DNA from: Clostridiales bacterium | GTDB taxonomy: Bacteria; Bacillota; Clostridia; Lachnospirales; Lachnospiraceae | Length of the DNA: 64,000 nt | Direction of reading: 5' to 3' | Assembly: GCA_012519905.1 (NCBI GenBank) | Contig: JAAYPG010000016.1 | Span: 956-64,955, forward strand | In this document: piece by piece, positions 38,619-49,400 of the stretch | Position numbering within the stretch: the stretch's first letter is position 1 | How the letters are laid out: each line of letters starts with the position of its first letter | Notes under the pieces: generated by a model | Database searches by the model: none | What the model was told of the DNA's origin: nothing | The model's input: the letters and a program-made list of their open reading frames with translations, nothing else | Made by a program: the position numbers and the translations under genes

Positions 38619-39944
38619 ATGAAGACGCTAAAAGGAATAGTTGAATACCCCAATATGGGAGTCGAGTATATATCCAAGTGTATCGGTAGCAGGTTAAACT
38701 TGCATGGAAGCATCTATAAGATTAGGAAAATGAGTGGTTTTGCTTTTGTCCTACTTAGGACCAAAAGAGATATAATTCAATGTATCTATGGAGAAGATTT
38801 TTCCAATTTCAGTTTAGATATGTTAAAAGAAGAATGCTGCATAAATCTTTCAGCAGATGTCATCAAAGAAGAACGTTCTCGAACAGGATGGGAGCTTAGA
38901 ATGATAGATATTGAAATTTTATCAGAGCCCTTAGCCGAGAGCCCTATTGTTATTAATAATAAACTTGTTGATACCTCCCTCGAAAACCTCTTAGATTATA
39001 GACCTATAACTCTAAGAAACGAAAAGGAAAGAGCTATATTCAAGCTCCAGGAGGGTATATGTAGAGGCTTTCGCAAGTTCTTGTCAGAGCAAGGCTTTAC
39101 TGAAATACATTCCCCAAAAATAGTATCCTCCGGGGCAGAGGGTGGGGCAAATATCTTTCATCTTAACTATTTTGGTGAGGATGCATATCTTGCCCAGAGC
39201 CCACAGTTCTATAAGCAGATGATGGTTGGCGTGTTTGAAAGAGTATACGAAATTGCCCCGGTGTTTCGTGCCGAGAAGCATGATACCTCGAGACATCTCA
39301 ATGAGTATATCAGCGTAGATTTTGAGATGGGGTATATTGAAAGCTTTGAAGACGTAATGAACATGGAGGTTGCTATGCTTAAATACGTTCTTGAAATTCT
39401 AAAAGAAAATTATAGTCATGAACTAGAGCTCCTTAAGGTTACACTTCCAAGTATAACAAGCATACCTTCTATTAAATTTATAGAGGCTAAAGAATTAATA
39501 TCAAGAAAGTACAAAAGAACCATTAGGGATTACGATGATTTTGAACCTGAAGAGGAAAAGTTACTCACAGAAATATTCAAAAAGGAATATAGTTCAGATT
39601 TTGTATTTGTGACCCACTATCCCAGATCAAAAAGACCATTTTATGCTATGGAGGACCCAAGTAATCCTGATGAAACCTTAAGCTTTGACCTGCTCTTTCG
39701 TGGTCTCGAGATAACAACTGGCGGTCAGAGAATCCATAATTACAAAGAGCAGATACAGAAAATGAAGCGGTTAAACATGAACATTGAGCTATTTGAAAGC
39801 TATCTAATGATTCACAAATATGGGATGCCCCCTCATGGTGGCCTAGGTCTTGGATTGGAACGCTTTACTAGCAAGCTTTTAAATCAGGACAATGTAAGAC
39901 TTGCAACCTTATTTCCAAGGGATATCAATCGCGTGACACCCTAA
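38619..39944 (+). CDS. aspS: aspartyl-tRNA synthetase, short archaeal-like (probably non-discriminating) type
   Basis: GAEGG, YLAQSPQFYKQ, FRAEK, EITTGGQR, GMPPHGGLGLGLER, LFPRD; ~441 aa; start moved to 38619 (GGAGGT RBS). Confidence 0.9.
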   Translation: MKTLKGIVEYPNMGVEYISKCIGSRLNLHGSIYKIRKMSGFAFVLLRTKRDIIQCIYGEDFSNFSLDMLKEECCINLSADVIKEERSRTGWELRMIDIEILSEPLAESPIVINNKLVDTSLENLLDYRPITLRNEKERAIFKLQEGICRGFRKFLSEQGFTEIHSPKIVSSGAEGGANIFHLNYFGEDAYLAQSPQFYKQMMVGVFERVYEIAPVFRAEKHDTSRHLNEYISVDFEMGYIESFEDVMNMEVAMLKYVLEILKENYSHELELLKVTLPSITSIPSIKFIEAKELISRKYKRTIRDYDDFEPEEEKLLTEIFKKEYSSDFVFVTHYPRSKRPFYAMEDPSNPDETLSFDLLFRGLEITTGGQRIHNYKEQIQKMKRLNMNIELFESYLMIHKYGMPPHGGLGLGLERFTSKLLNQDNVRLATLFPRDINRVTP

Positions 39945-39946
39945 TG

Positions 39947-39976
39947 TGTACCCGGTACAAATCTGTACCGGGTACC
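39947..39976. repeat. palindrome family, paired copies forming a 12-bp hairpin right after the aspS stop
   Basis: GTACCCGGTACA-AATC-TGTACCGGGTAC. Confidence 0.75.
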
Positions 39977-40022
39977 AAACTTTTTGCATAGAATATATAA
40001 AAAGCCAGCAAAGGTTATAAAA

Positions 40023-40262
40023 ATGAATAAATTTATATCCCATTTAATGAAGCTATGCTTACTTATTGGTTTGTTAGTATTGACTGCTACAATCGTAATT
40101 CAACTTAGCTGGAGAATATACATATTAATATATACGAGATATTTCTGGGGCTTATTCTTTCCCCATGCCAAGCTTCAAACTATAGTGGTTTTTATTGTAC
40201 TAATATTAATCCTTCTTTCACTCTGTATAACCATGCTATACAAAAGGATAAAAAACCGCTAA
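40023..40262 (+). CDS. small hypothetical membrane protein (2 TM)
   Basis: Two hydrophobic segments; ATG at 40023; weak RBS. Confidence 0.4.
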   Translation: MNKFISHLMKLCLLIGLLVLTATIVIQLSWRIYILIYTRYFWGLFFPHAKLQTIVVFIVLILILLSLCITMLYKRIKNR

Positions 40263-40267
40263 ATAAC

Positions 40268-40362
40268 TGTACCAATGTAAAGTGTACCAATGTAAAGTGT
40301 GTAAAGTGTACCGGGTACACTAGCTGTACCCGGTACACTTTACACGGTACACTTTACATTGA
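40268..40362. repeat. expanded palindrome-family element with AATGTAAAGTGT sub-repeats
   Basis: CAATGTAAAGTGTACC (40273-40288) and GTGTAAAGTGTACCGGGTACA (40299-40319) are exact reverse complements of the right arm starting at 40325. Confidence 0.8.
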
Positions 40363-40384
40363 CATAATGATATAATTTATTATA

Positions 40385-41302
40385 ATGTCAATAGAAATAA
40401 ATGGAAGGATTGGCTATATGTCATATAAATTTATCATAAAAATAGCTCCGTTAATAACTTTGGTATCATTATGCACCCTTTTTATTGGATGTAAGAAGGC
40501 AAATCATCGCACAATAGCTGTTAGTGATCCCCTTGAAAAATCACAGATAATCCGACTGACAATAGACAGTAAGTACCTAGACAAGCCGGTGCCCTATATT
40601 GTTTATCTACCTAAGGGCTACGGGGATGGTAGGGAATATCCTGTATGGTATGGGCTCCATGGCTTTAGTATGAATGAAACAATGTGGATTGATAATGGAG
40701 TAGCGGAGGCTGCTGATGAATTGATAGACAGTGGTGAAATAGAGCCCCTAATTATGGTTTTCCCATATGTTAAGGATGCCAGTTTAAAGGAAATTGAAGC
40801 TGATTTAAAGGATGATGGGAAATTAGATGAAAGAAATGTTGATAAATTTATTAGCAAAGAATTAATTCCATACATAGACTCGCAGTACTTCACCATCACA
40901 TCACAGGATGGGCGATTTATAGGGGGCTTTTCTATGGGTGGAATGATAGCACTAAGAATCGCCTTCCATCATACTGATTTATTCACGAAGGTGGGTGGCT
41001 ACAGTGCAGGAGTCCTATCAAATGATTATTCCGATAGGCAGCTTGAAAAATGGCTGTTTCCTAATGATGATGTAGATGAGATAGATGATGTTGCCGCATT
41101 TGCAAAGGAAAAAGGTTTCATCAACCTTAATATATATTTAGATGCAGGCAACTCCAACGATCCTTTCACTGTCGGCCTAGAATCCCTATATGAAGCACTA
41201 AAGCTTCGTAATATTAAGTCCGAATTTATGATATATGATGGTGGACATTCATTACAGACAGACCTTATAAAGGATTACCTGAAATTTTATACCGGGACAT
41301 AA
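40385..41302 (+). CDS. esterase (CE1/Fes-like alpha/beta hydrolase), probable lipoprotein
   Basis: YLPKGY..YPVWYGLHG, IGGFSMGG, YLDAGNSND, GGHS; LFIGC lipobox; exact start uncertain. Confidence 0.8.
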   Translation: MSIEINGRIGYMSYKFIIKIAPLITLVSLCTLFIGCKKANHRTIAVSDPLEKSQIIRLTIDSKYLDKPVPYIVYLPKGYGDGREYPVWYGLHGFSMNETMWIDNGVAEAADELIDSGEIEPLIMVFPYVKDASLKEIEADLKDDGKLDERNVDKFISKELIPYIDSQYFTITSQDGRFIGGFSMGGMIALRIAFHHTDLFTKVGGYSAGVLSNDYSDRQLEKWLFPNDDVDEIDDVAAFAKEKGFINLNIYLDAGNSNDPFTVGLESLYEALKLRNIKSEFMIYDGGHSLQTDLIKDYLKFYTGT

Positions 41303-41338
41303 CAACGAGTGCCACGCTTGGCGAGGTACTCGTTGTTA
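41300..41338. terminator. hairpin between convergent genes
   Basis: TAACAACGAGT...ACTCGTTGTTA. Confidence 0.7.
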
Positions 41339-41383
41339 ATAAATACATGGGAAGTTGATATTTTTTCAACTGCCCATATTATA

Positions 41384-42306
41384 TTAGTTTTCTCTTTTCA
41401 TTACTAGCAATTGTCCATCATTACTACCCAGAGTAAGATATAATCCATCACTTGAAATATACACTCTATTAACTATAAAGCCCTCTTTAGGTTCGAGCTT
41501 TTCCGATGTCCAATTTTCTCCCCCATCGTTGGTAGTCAGGCAAAAGGCCTTAGTCCCTTCACCTGGTACTATACTTGAAAATATAACGACTCCCTTATCC
41601 TCATCAGTAAAGCAGATATCTGCCATGGATGTACTTTTTTTGTACAAACCGGGATTCCCCTTTTCATCAATAACCCCATAGCTTTCAAAATCTAAATCCC
41701 TACTAGACCATGTGGATCCGCCATCTGCTGTTGTATAAAACAATCCATTGTTAGTCAAGAGATATCCATCTTCCTGAGTTCTTAAGCATATGGCCGCAAT
41801 ACTTTTTATATCCTCCGGCAAATCAAGCTCTGTCCATGTGCTCCCGCCATCATTAGTTTTAGCACATTTTTTATTATATGCAATCCAGCCTACCTTATCA
41901 TCGATAAAGTCAATAGCAAGATGCATGCCCCCTAGATTAATATCTGTTACTTCACTCCAGGTCTTTCCACCATCCTTGGTCACCCGTACATTATTATTAC
42001 CCCCAGACCAAGCAAGATTCTCATAACTATATCCAGACAGTAAAGACACTTAGAGCTGTTTTCAGCTTCCGCCCATGTCTTACCTTGGTCATTGGTATAG
42101 TATATTTCTCCATCAAAGCCTACAGTAAGCCCGAAGTTTTCATTGTGGAAGCCTTCGATGATAGAAGAATGAACTATACTACTATCTACTACAGTATCCC
42201 ATTTAGCTGCAGGGGCTGAAGTCTCTTTGTTTTTAGAGCATCCCGTAAGCAGCATAAGAGTAATAATAATACTTACTAGTAAAATGTTAATTAGCTTTTT
42301 CATCAT
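41384..42306 (-). pseudogene. YCF48/BNR-repeat beta-propeller lipoprotein split by a single-base frameshift
   Basis: ORFs 41980-42306 (lipobox LTGC) and 41384-42049 both carry TxDGGxTW repeats; adding one G at 42024/42025 restores ..CLDIVDENLAW.. Confidence 0.75.
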
Positions 42307-42430
42307 GATACCCCCCCTATTTTATCCAAGACTCAATTATTGCTCCCCAAACATATATCAGCTGAGTCATGCTAATTTATACATTTTATCCCCGTTATAC
42401 TTTTTATTATATGTTATTCTTTACTGGAAA

Positions 42431-43492
42431 TCAATTACATTTTTTCACTAGATACAATTCTGTTATAATAGCTGCCACTACACCTATTATAACCATTAGC
42501 ATCCTTTTTCTTAGAATAATATCTTTATAATATTGCGCCATACCCTCTTTTCTACTTAAGGAAAATATAATCAACTTTAATTTACTTATAAAAAAGTCAA
42601 AATCTGACCACTTGTTAGGAATCATTGAGCTTGGGTAATAGATATACATATTTGTTAACTTTATTAATATGATGCTCAAGAGAATAAGCCCAACAATTCC
42701 AATAAGGGTTAATACAGGTGAAGCATTTAGTGAGTATACTTTGCGGCTGGCGTATATTAGTATATACAGAGCGCTAAACCATAAAGGGATATGTATTAGC
42801 ATATAGGAAAGCTTCTGATTTTGATAGCCGTCTATATATGTATCAGGTGTGCCAAGTCCATTTGTAGTAATAAATCTTTCTGCCAAAAGCTTGGCATTCT
42901 CTGTATCAGTGTAGGACATCTCCAGGCAGCTATATTTTTTATCATCTAGACTCTTATATGGGCCTTCTTCCTCCTGAATTATCATAACATTACTATCAAT
43001 CTCATCTATCACACCCCGTATTATGTACTCTTTATTATGAATGCAAGACTTCATTCCTACGACATTAGGGTTACCATATAACCTATAGGCTGTGGCCCTG
43101 TCGATGACACATCCCATTTTGTCCTCAGCTGTAAGATATCCTCCATACAGCATTGATACCGGATATATCTTTGACATATCTCCTGCCACTGTTATTAGGG
43201 ATATCTTCATTGAATTACCTTTTCCTTCATTGGTAATATCAATATTCTCCTCCCTCTGCCATAGGGTTATTTCAGGAATATAGTTATCCTCTCTTGATAT
43301 CATATCTTCTAGAATAATATCTATCTGTTGCCTAGTTATTACAGGCTCATGGTATCTAACACTAACAGCACTATGATAGTCGGAAATATACATTTGATTT
43401 ATAATAGAAACAATCCAAAGAAATGCACCTACTACCAATGTCGTTATCTTCCATATAAATCTTCTTCTAAAATGAATCTGCTTATGCATCAT
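42431..43492 (-). CDS. ABC transporter permease with MacB-like periplasmic domain
   Basis: N-terminal TM, GCVIDRATAYRLYG..VVG..EYIIRGVI MacB periplasmic pattern, C-terminal TMs. Confidence 0.65.
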   Translation of the reverse strand: MMHKQIHFRRRFIWKITTLVVGAFLWIVSIINQMYISDYHSAVSVRYHEPVITRQQIDIILEDMISREDNYIPEITLWQREENIDITNEGKGNSMKISLITVAGDMSKIYPVSMLYGGYLTAEDKMGCVIDRATAYRLYGNPNVVGMKSCIHNKEYIIRGVIDEIDSNVMIIQEEEGPYKSLDDKKYSCLEMSYTDTENAKLLAERFITTNGLGTPDTYIDGYQNQKLSYMLIHIPLWFSALYILIYASRKVYSLNASPVLTLIGIVGLILLSIILIKLTNMYIYYPSSMIPNKWSDFDFFISKLKLIIFSLSRKEGMAQYYKDIILRKRMLMVIIGVVAAIITELYLVKKCN

Positions 43493-43556
43493 TATATAAT
43501 CTCCTAAGCTATTCTATATGAATGCAACCTAGCTTTTATGGTTTTATCCCCCAAAG

Positions 43557-44132
43557 CTATTCAACACGAACCCTATCTCCTGGATTTATATATTTATTGC
43601 TATCTGTTATAACCTGGCTCTTCCCTATTAATCCTTCTACAGCCACAATAGATGTGCCTTTAGCTAATAGATTCACGTTTCTGCGTACTGCAATTAGCTG
43701 TGTACCAAGAATATCTTCCTGTTCATCTATTACCAACACATAGTAGCCATAGTTATCCTCACGAAGCGCTTGTATCGGGATACATTGATTATATTGCTCT
43801 GTTTCTGTAGTAATCTTAAATTTAGCCTTTTCTCCCAAATAATAGTCTCCCCCCTGAGGCAAACTAGAGATAAACTCTGTCATCCCCTCTTTGTTAATCG
43901 ATATCTTCCCTATCTCTGAATCGATAGAGTTCCTCTTACCCGCTAAAGTAACATTAACATTGTCACCCAAGTCAATTCTGATCGTACTCTTGCTGTCATA
44001 TGCTCCCTTAAATACATAATTACCAGTTCCTATCTTTATTAATTCTTCACCGGTCGTAGTTCTACCAGCAACTAAATCGATATGTGTAACAACTCCCTCA
44101 TAAGGAGAAAGCACTTGACCAGAGAGCTCCAT
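43557..44132 (-). pseudogene. efflux periplasmic adaptor (HlyD-like), C-terminal fragment
   Basis: SPYEGVVT, CIPIQALREDN..YVLV, GDRVRVE; N-terminal TM and coiled coil absent. Confidence 0.65.
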
Positions 44133-44547
44133 TAATGCAGCGACCTATCACCCCTAAGATACCGTTCAGCCTCGTCTAGAATCATATCAATCATAGTCAT
44201 ATCATTTTCCATCGGTCCTTCTAAAGACTTTATCTGTTCATAAATGGCTTTTCTATCTTCTAGTGTAGGATATTCTGCATAGATCATATAATCCTCTCCA
44301 CCAGCAGATTGTACTATATCATTATCTTTACTACCAGTTCCTCCATAGCTGCCTTATTCACAGCGAAGCCATCATTTAAGTCTGCGCTCTGAACCTCTTC
44401 GGAGAATAATAGTTGCACAAATTCCTTAGCCAGTTTCTTATTTGAGGCTTCATCTACATTCTTGTCATTTACTCCTTTTGAACCACAGCCTGTCATTGCC
44501 ATAACAAGCAAGACAAAGATAATTGTTAAAGATACCACCTTTTTCAT
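44132..44547 (-). pseudogene. solute-binding lipoprotein remnant with internal deletion and frameshift
   Basis: Lipobox MTGC joined directly to C-terminal NKKLAKEFVQLLFSEEVQ..GFAVNKAA; another frame reads MIDMILDEAERYLRGDRSL. Confidence 0.65.
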
Positions 44548-44741
44548 ACAAAATCTCTCCGCTACTTATTGGCATTATTTTATGGGGTACTTCTGTACCA
44601 ACTTAATACAATTATAATTTTTATATATCTAATTAATCTCTAAATCAAACACCCAATTTTTAGAGAAATATTAGAGAAATAAATGGTAATATGTTATAGT
44701 ATAGAAACTAGGAGAATTTACCTTATAAGGGGAGTGCTATT

Positions 44742-44991
44742 TATGAAGCTTTTGACTACCACTATTTCAACAGAAGGAGCTATGCTTTGAGCTTGACCTG
44801 CAAGAGGATGAACTTCCTATAATATCTGGAGATAAGGATAGACTAAAGCAAATCCTATCTATACTACTGGACAATTCCATAGCCTATACCCCTCCCGGCA
44901 AGAAAGTAATATTACGACAGGCAAGATCTCAGTCCGAGATACAGAAGATGGCGGTGCAACCTTTGTGATAACTGTACCCGGTACAGTTTAG
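44742..44991 (+). pseudogene. histidine kinase HATPase remnant
   Basis: GDKDRLKQILSILLDNSIAYTP (N box) joined to GKISVRDTEDGGATFVITVP; D/F/G1 boxes missing; not in ORF track. Confidence 0.7.
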
Positions 44992-45002
44992 TATCGGGTA
45001 CA
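44970..45002. repeat. palindrome family copy plus degenerate second copy
   Basis: AACTGTACCCGGTACAGTT, then GTATCGGGTACA. Confidence 0.7.
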
Positions 45003-45161
45003 AGCTAGACTTTTCATCCACAAAATGCTATAATAATAAATGTAATTAACAGACCTACCTCAACTATGAGTTGGTCTATTTTTTATCGTTCTATAACTGT
45101 CAAATAATAGTTATCAGAACTGAATACAATCTAATATATTACTAGAATTATGGAGCATAAA

Positions 45162-46094
45162 ATGAAAAGACATTTATTAAGGACACTATTAGCATCAATA
45201 ATCTTTATTCTACTATCATTTGTTGTACGTACATACCCTGATGGCTTTATCAATAGCTTTGGAGATATAAACCTCTCCCATGAGGATGATAAGGAGTATC
45301 CTCTATTAAAAGTACATTTTATAGATGTAGGTCAGGGCGATGCTATACTAATACAATCAGAGGACAGCCATATGCTAATTGACGCAGGAGAAAGGCATAA
45401 TAGCGATACTTTAATCAGTTATCTAAGAGAAAATAGTGTTAGCAAATTAGAATATGTAATAGCTACACATCCCCATAGCGATCATATAGGAAGCCTTGCA
45501 AATGTGATTGACAACTTCCAAATAGGTAAAATAATTATGCCTGATGCTATAAGTACTACAAAGACTTTTGAAAACTTATTAGATACAATAGCCAAGAATA
45601 ATTTAAAAATTACTAAGCCTATAATAGGGACTGAATATATTTTAGGGAGCGCCTCCTTCGTTATTATAGCCCCCAATGGAAGCAATTATAAGAATTTGAA
45701 TGATTATAGCGTGGGTATAAAGCTGAAGCACAATGAAAACTCTTTTGTCTTTACCGGTGATGCAGAAAAACTCTCTGAAAATGAAATGCTAGAAAATGGA
45801 ATTAACTTAAAGGCAGATGTATTTAAACTAGCCCATCATGGTTCTTCCACCAGTAATAGTGATGACTTTTTGGATGCAGTTGATCCAATGATATGTGTTG
45901 TCAGTGCGAAAAAAGATAATTCATATGGTCACCCGCATGTGGAGATTATGCAGGCTATGAAGGATAGAAATATAATTTTGTATAGAACAGATGAACAGGG
46001 TACAATTATCCTTGAATCTGATGGCAAAACCATAACAGCCAATACAAGGCCCTATAAGATAAGCGAAAAGGATACTATTCGTTCCAAACCATAG
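45162..46094 (+). CDS. ComEC/Rec2-like MBL-fold metallo-hydrolase, secreted
   Basis: FIDVGQGDA, THPHSDHIG, FTGDAE, HHGS, YGHPH, YRTDEQG; start moved to 45162. Confidence 0.9.
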   Translation: MKRHLLRTLLASIIFILLSFVVRTYPDGFINSFGDINLSHEDDKEYPLLKVHFIDVGQGDAILIQSEDSHMLIDAGERHNSDTLISYLRENSVSKLEYVIATHPHSDHIGSLANVIDNFQIGKIIMPDAISTTKTFENLLDTIAKNNLKITKPIIGTEYILGSASFVIIAPNGSNYKNLNDYSVGIKLKHNENSFVFTGDAEKLSENEMLENGINLKADVFKLAHHGSSTSNSDDFLDAVDPMICVVSAKKDNSYGHPHVEIMQAMKDRNIILYRTDEQGTIILESDGKTITANTRPYKISEKDTIRSKP

Positions 46095-46110
46095 TTAAAA
46101 GGAGCTTGCC

Positions 46111-46329
46111 ATGAAAAGATATATCGTTGATAGATTTGAAGATCCTTATGCCATATGTGAAAATGAAAAAGGGGATTTTGTTAATATTGAAAAAGAACTG
46201 CTTCCTCCTGAAACCAAGGAAGGCGACCACCTCTATATCCATGAGGATGGAACTTATTATATTGATTATAAAGCTACCGAGGAAAGTCGAAAGCGTATTC
46301 GCAAAAAGCTAGATAGTCTATTCGAGTAA
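46111..46329 (+). CDS. DUF3006-domain protein
   Basis: IVDRFE..YAICE, LPPETKEGD; usual partner of the MBL gene. Confidence 0.85.
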   Translation: MKRYIVDRFEDPYAICENEKGDFVNIEKELLPPETKEGDHLYIHEDGTYYIDYKATEESRKRIRKKLDSLFE

Positions 46330-46458
46330 TTTAATGGGACATATAGGTATAACCATAACACACTGCTTAAAAAAAGCAGATAAAATATTTTGGTTCATAC
46401 CTATATGTCCCTCTTATATTATGATATACCTCGGATATGGCCTCCTGACTTTCAGTCT

Positions 46459-49400
46459 CTATGACAGCTCCCAGCTGGCTTTACTGCCCTTTTCACTTTT
46501 TGTTACAACTAGCTTGGTGCCTATCTGTGCCTTAAGCTCTGTGACATGGGATATAATACCTACCAACCTCTTACCACCGGATAAATCATTAAGTATCTTT
46601 ATGGCCTGCATTCTGGTATCTTCACTTAAGGAGCCAAAGCCTTCATCAATAAACATGGTATCAATATGTATACTGCCCGCTGTATTTTGAATAATGTCCG
46701 ACATACCAAGAGCCATAGACAGGGCCGCCATAAATGATTCTCCACCTGATAGAGTCTTCACATCACGAACCTGATCATTTACCATGCTATATACATCAAG
46801 GTCTAGTCCTACTTCACCTTGCCCTGATAAATCCTCCAATTCACGACATTTTAGAATAAACTGATTATTGGACATTGTATAGAGTCTCTTATTGGCCTCA
46901 TTAAGAATCATGTTAAAGTATCTTCTCTGGATGTAAGTCTGAAAATTAAGATGTCTACCACTAAGCTTACCAGTCGCAGTATCTGCCAATCTGCTTATGG
47001 CACTATAGGTCTTCATAAACTTTTTCCTATCATTTATAAGCCTTACTAGTCTAGTGTAGACCTCCTCATTTCTAGTACGAATTCCATATATGGTTTTGCT
47101 TTCCTCTTCCAAATTATTCTTAGCCTCATTAAGCTCCTTCTGCTTAAGTATCAGCTCCTCGGTTTGGATTCTGGATTTTCCTTTTGTTTGCTCCTTATAA
47201 TTCTCAATACTTGTACTATTTTTGATGTTCTCTTCCCGATATTCCTGTTCTAGTAGACTTAACTCTTCGATTCGCTGAGGGCTTAATCTAGCTAACCTGT
47301 ACTCCTCCAAATCTAAGAAACCTTGCTTTGTTAATTCGCTATTTAACTCTTTCTCTAATTTTTCTATGTCCTGTAAAAGCCTACTATAACTTTCTTCCTC
47401 TGTCCTTAGATTACCAATCTTCTCATTGGTAGCATTAACTATGGCCTGATATACTTCGGTCGCAGCCACTTTTGCCTCTTCTAATTCATCTAGCCTGGCT
47501 TTTAAAGCTATAAGTTCTCTCTCACTATGGGCTTTACTTTCATAAATTAAGTTCTTCTTAAGTTCCACTATCCTGGTATCAATCTTTATAAGGCCAGCAG
47601 CAACTTCCTGTCTTGCCTTATCAGCCTCATCCCTATCCTTCTCATGGGCTTCTATAGCTTCCTCTAGCTCCTTAATTCTTTTCTCATTTAGGGAAAATGT
47701 TTTCATAGCCTCTTCTGCCTGAGCCTTTTTTTCCATGTCAAGCTTAAGCTGACTATTGCATTGCTCTAATATAGAATCGATATCAGTATCAGCTATATTA
47801 GTAGAATTAATAGAAGCATTAATAACCCTCTTTCCCTCATGGACTGCAAGATCAAGCCTCTTCTCGTAGCTTTTCTTGGCATCCTGCAGGACTTCATATT
47901 TTTGTTGCTTAAGGTTAAGGGCATCATCCATATCCTTCTTGGCAGCCCGTAGCTTACTTTCATCTATTATATGATAATCGCTCCCTGCCTTTTTAGGATG
48001 GGAAGTAGAGCCACATACAGGACAAGCATGCCCATCTTCAAGAGTCGCAGCAAGTATACCCGCCTGTCCTTCTATGAAGCTGTGATATAATTCATCATAT
48101 TGATTTCTTAATAGTTCATAAGCCTCACTGACCTTCTTATAATCTTTTTCTTCATCTTCATATATAGCATAAAGCTGCTTCATTGATGCAATGGACTTAA
48201 TAAGCCCTTCCAAAGCATCCCTTCTTTCAATTAATCTATCAACCTTGTCTTTAAGCTGAGTGTATTGATCCCCTAGCCCCTTTAGCTCCTCCTGCTTCTC
48301 AGACAATATAATCCTACTTTTCTTTTCTTCTTCGATAAGTCCGATAATTCTGGTATACTCTTCATCTGTTTTATTCTTGTTCTCTTCTAGGGCCATCTTC
48401 TCGGTCTTATATGTATCAAGCTCCTCATACTTGGGAAGTAAGCTTGTGATGGAACTGATTTTAGCAATAAGTCCTGGACTGCTCTCGCTATGCTCTTTTT
48501 CTTTTTGCTCCTTATCCTTCTTTAGACCCTCTAACCTCTCCCTGTTCTCATCAAGCCAGGACTTAATATCAGTAATTCTATTCATACATTCAGATAAGTC
48601 CTTCTGCTTATTAAGGAAGGCTTCTTCCTTGGACTCTACAACTTGTGCCTTCTTAGCTTTTTCTACACTAAGTTTAAGCTCAGCCATCTCATCCTTTCTT
48701 TGATCCAGCTCTTCCTTTTTTAGCAGAGCTACTTCTAAGGTATCAAAGAGCCTGTTGTTATCCTCGGCCTGCTCAATCTTTGTGTTAATCTCATCCAGCT
48801 CTTGTCCCTTCTCAATCTGTTCTTTCTTTATCTCATCTTCCTTATCCTTCGCCTCATTAATGATAAGACCTATAAGTTCAAGTTGCTTATCTGAATCGGT
48901 CTCTGTAAATGGTGGCATATCCTCCCACAGCATAGAATATTCACTGTCTTTTATACATCTTATATCCTCTGTCTCACGGATTATGTCCTTCTTATTATCA
49001 GCCAACTGTCCATAGATAGACTTTGCTCTTGCTTTTAGTTCCTCCTCAATCAACCAATAAATTCTTGTGTTAAATATTTTGGCAAATATCTCTTTTCTTT
49101 CCTTGGAGGATGCATGAAGTAATTTAAGAAAATCCCCCTGGGCTATCATAGCAATCTGCGTAAACTGATTCACATCAAGACCAATAAGATCAACTATCTT
49201 CTGATTAGTCTCTTTTATCTTACCTGTATATTCCTTACCATCAGGCATAATTAGAGTGACAGTAGGCTGGTCGGTGGTCATGGTAAACTCTCCGTCCTTA
49301 TTCCTCCTCTTACTCAAACGCTCCTGTCTGGGACTTCTGATTATAGTATATGTCTTCCCGTGATATATAAAGCTATATTCAACATAGGTTCTGGTGTCAT

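Noticed and set aside
40268-40362. Mini CRISPR array
   Set aside because: Repeats are 9-15 bp and abut without unique spacers, the whole forms one palindrome, and no cas genes are present.
44743-44790. Short ORF MKLLTTTISTEGAML as a leader or response-regulator start
   Set aside because: It overlaps the frameshifted kinase remnant, and the same bases read as kinase sequence (YEAF/LPLFQQKEL) in other frames.
45162-46094. Competence DNA-uptake channel ComEC
   Set aside because: Only the MBL nuclease-like domain is present, without the multi-TM competence domain.
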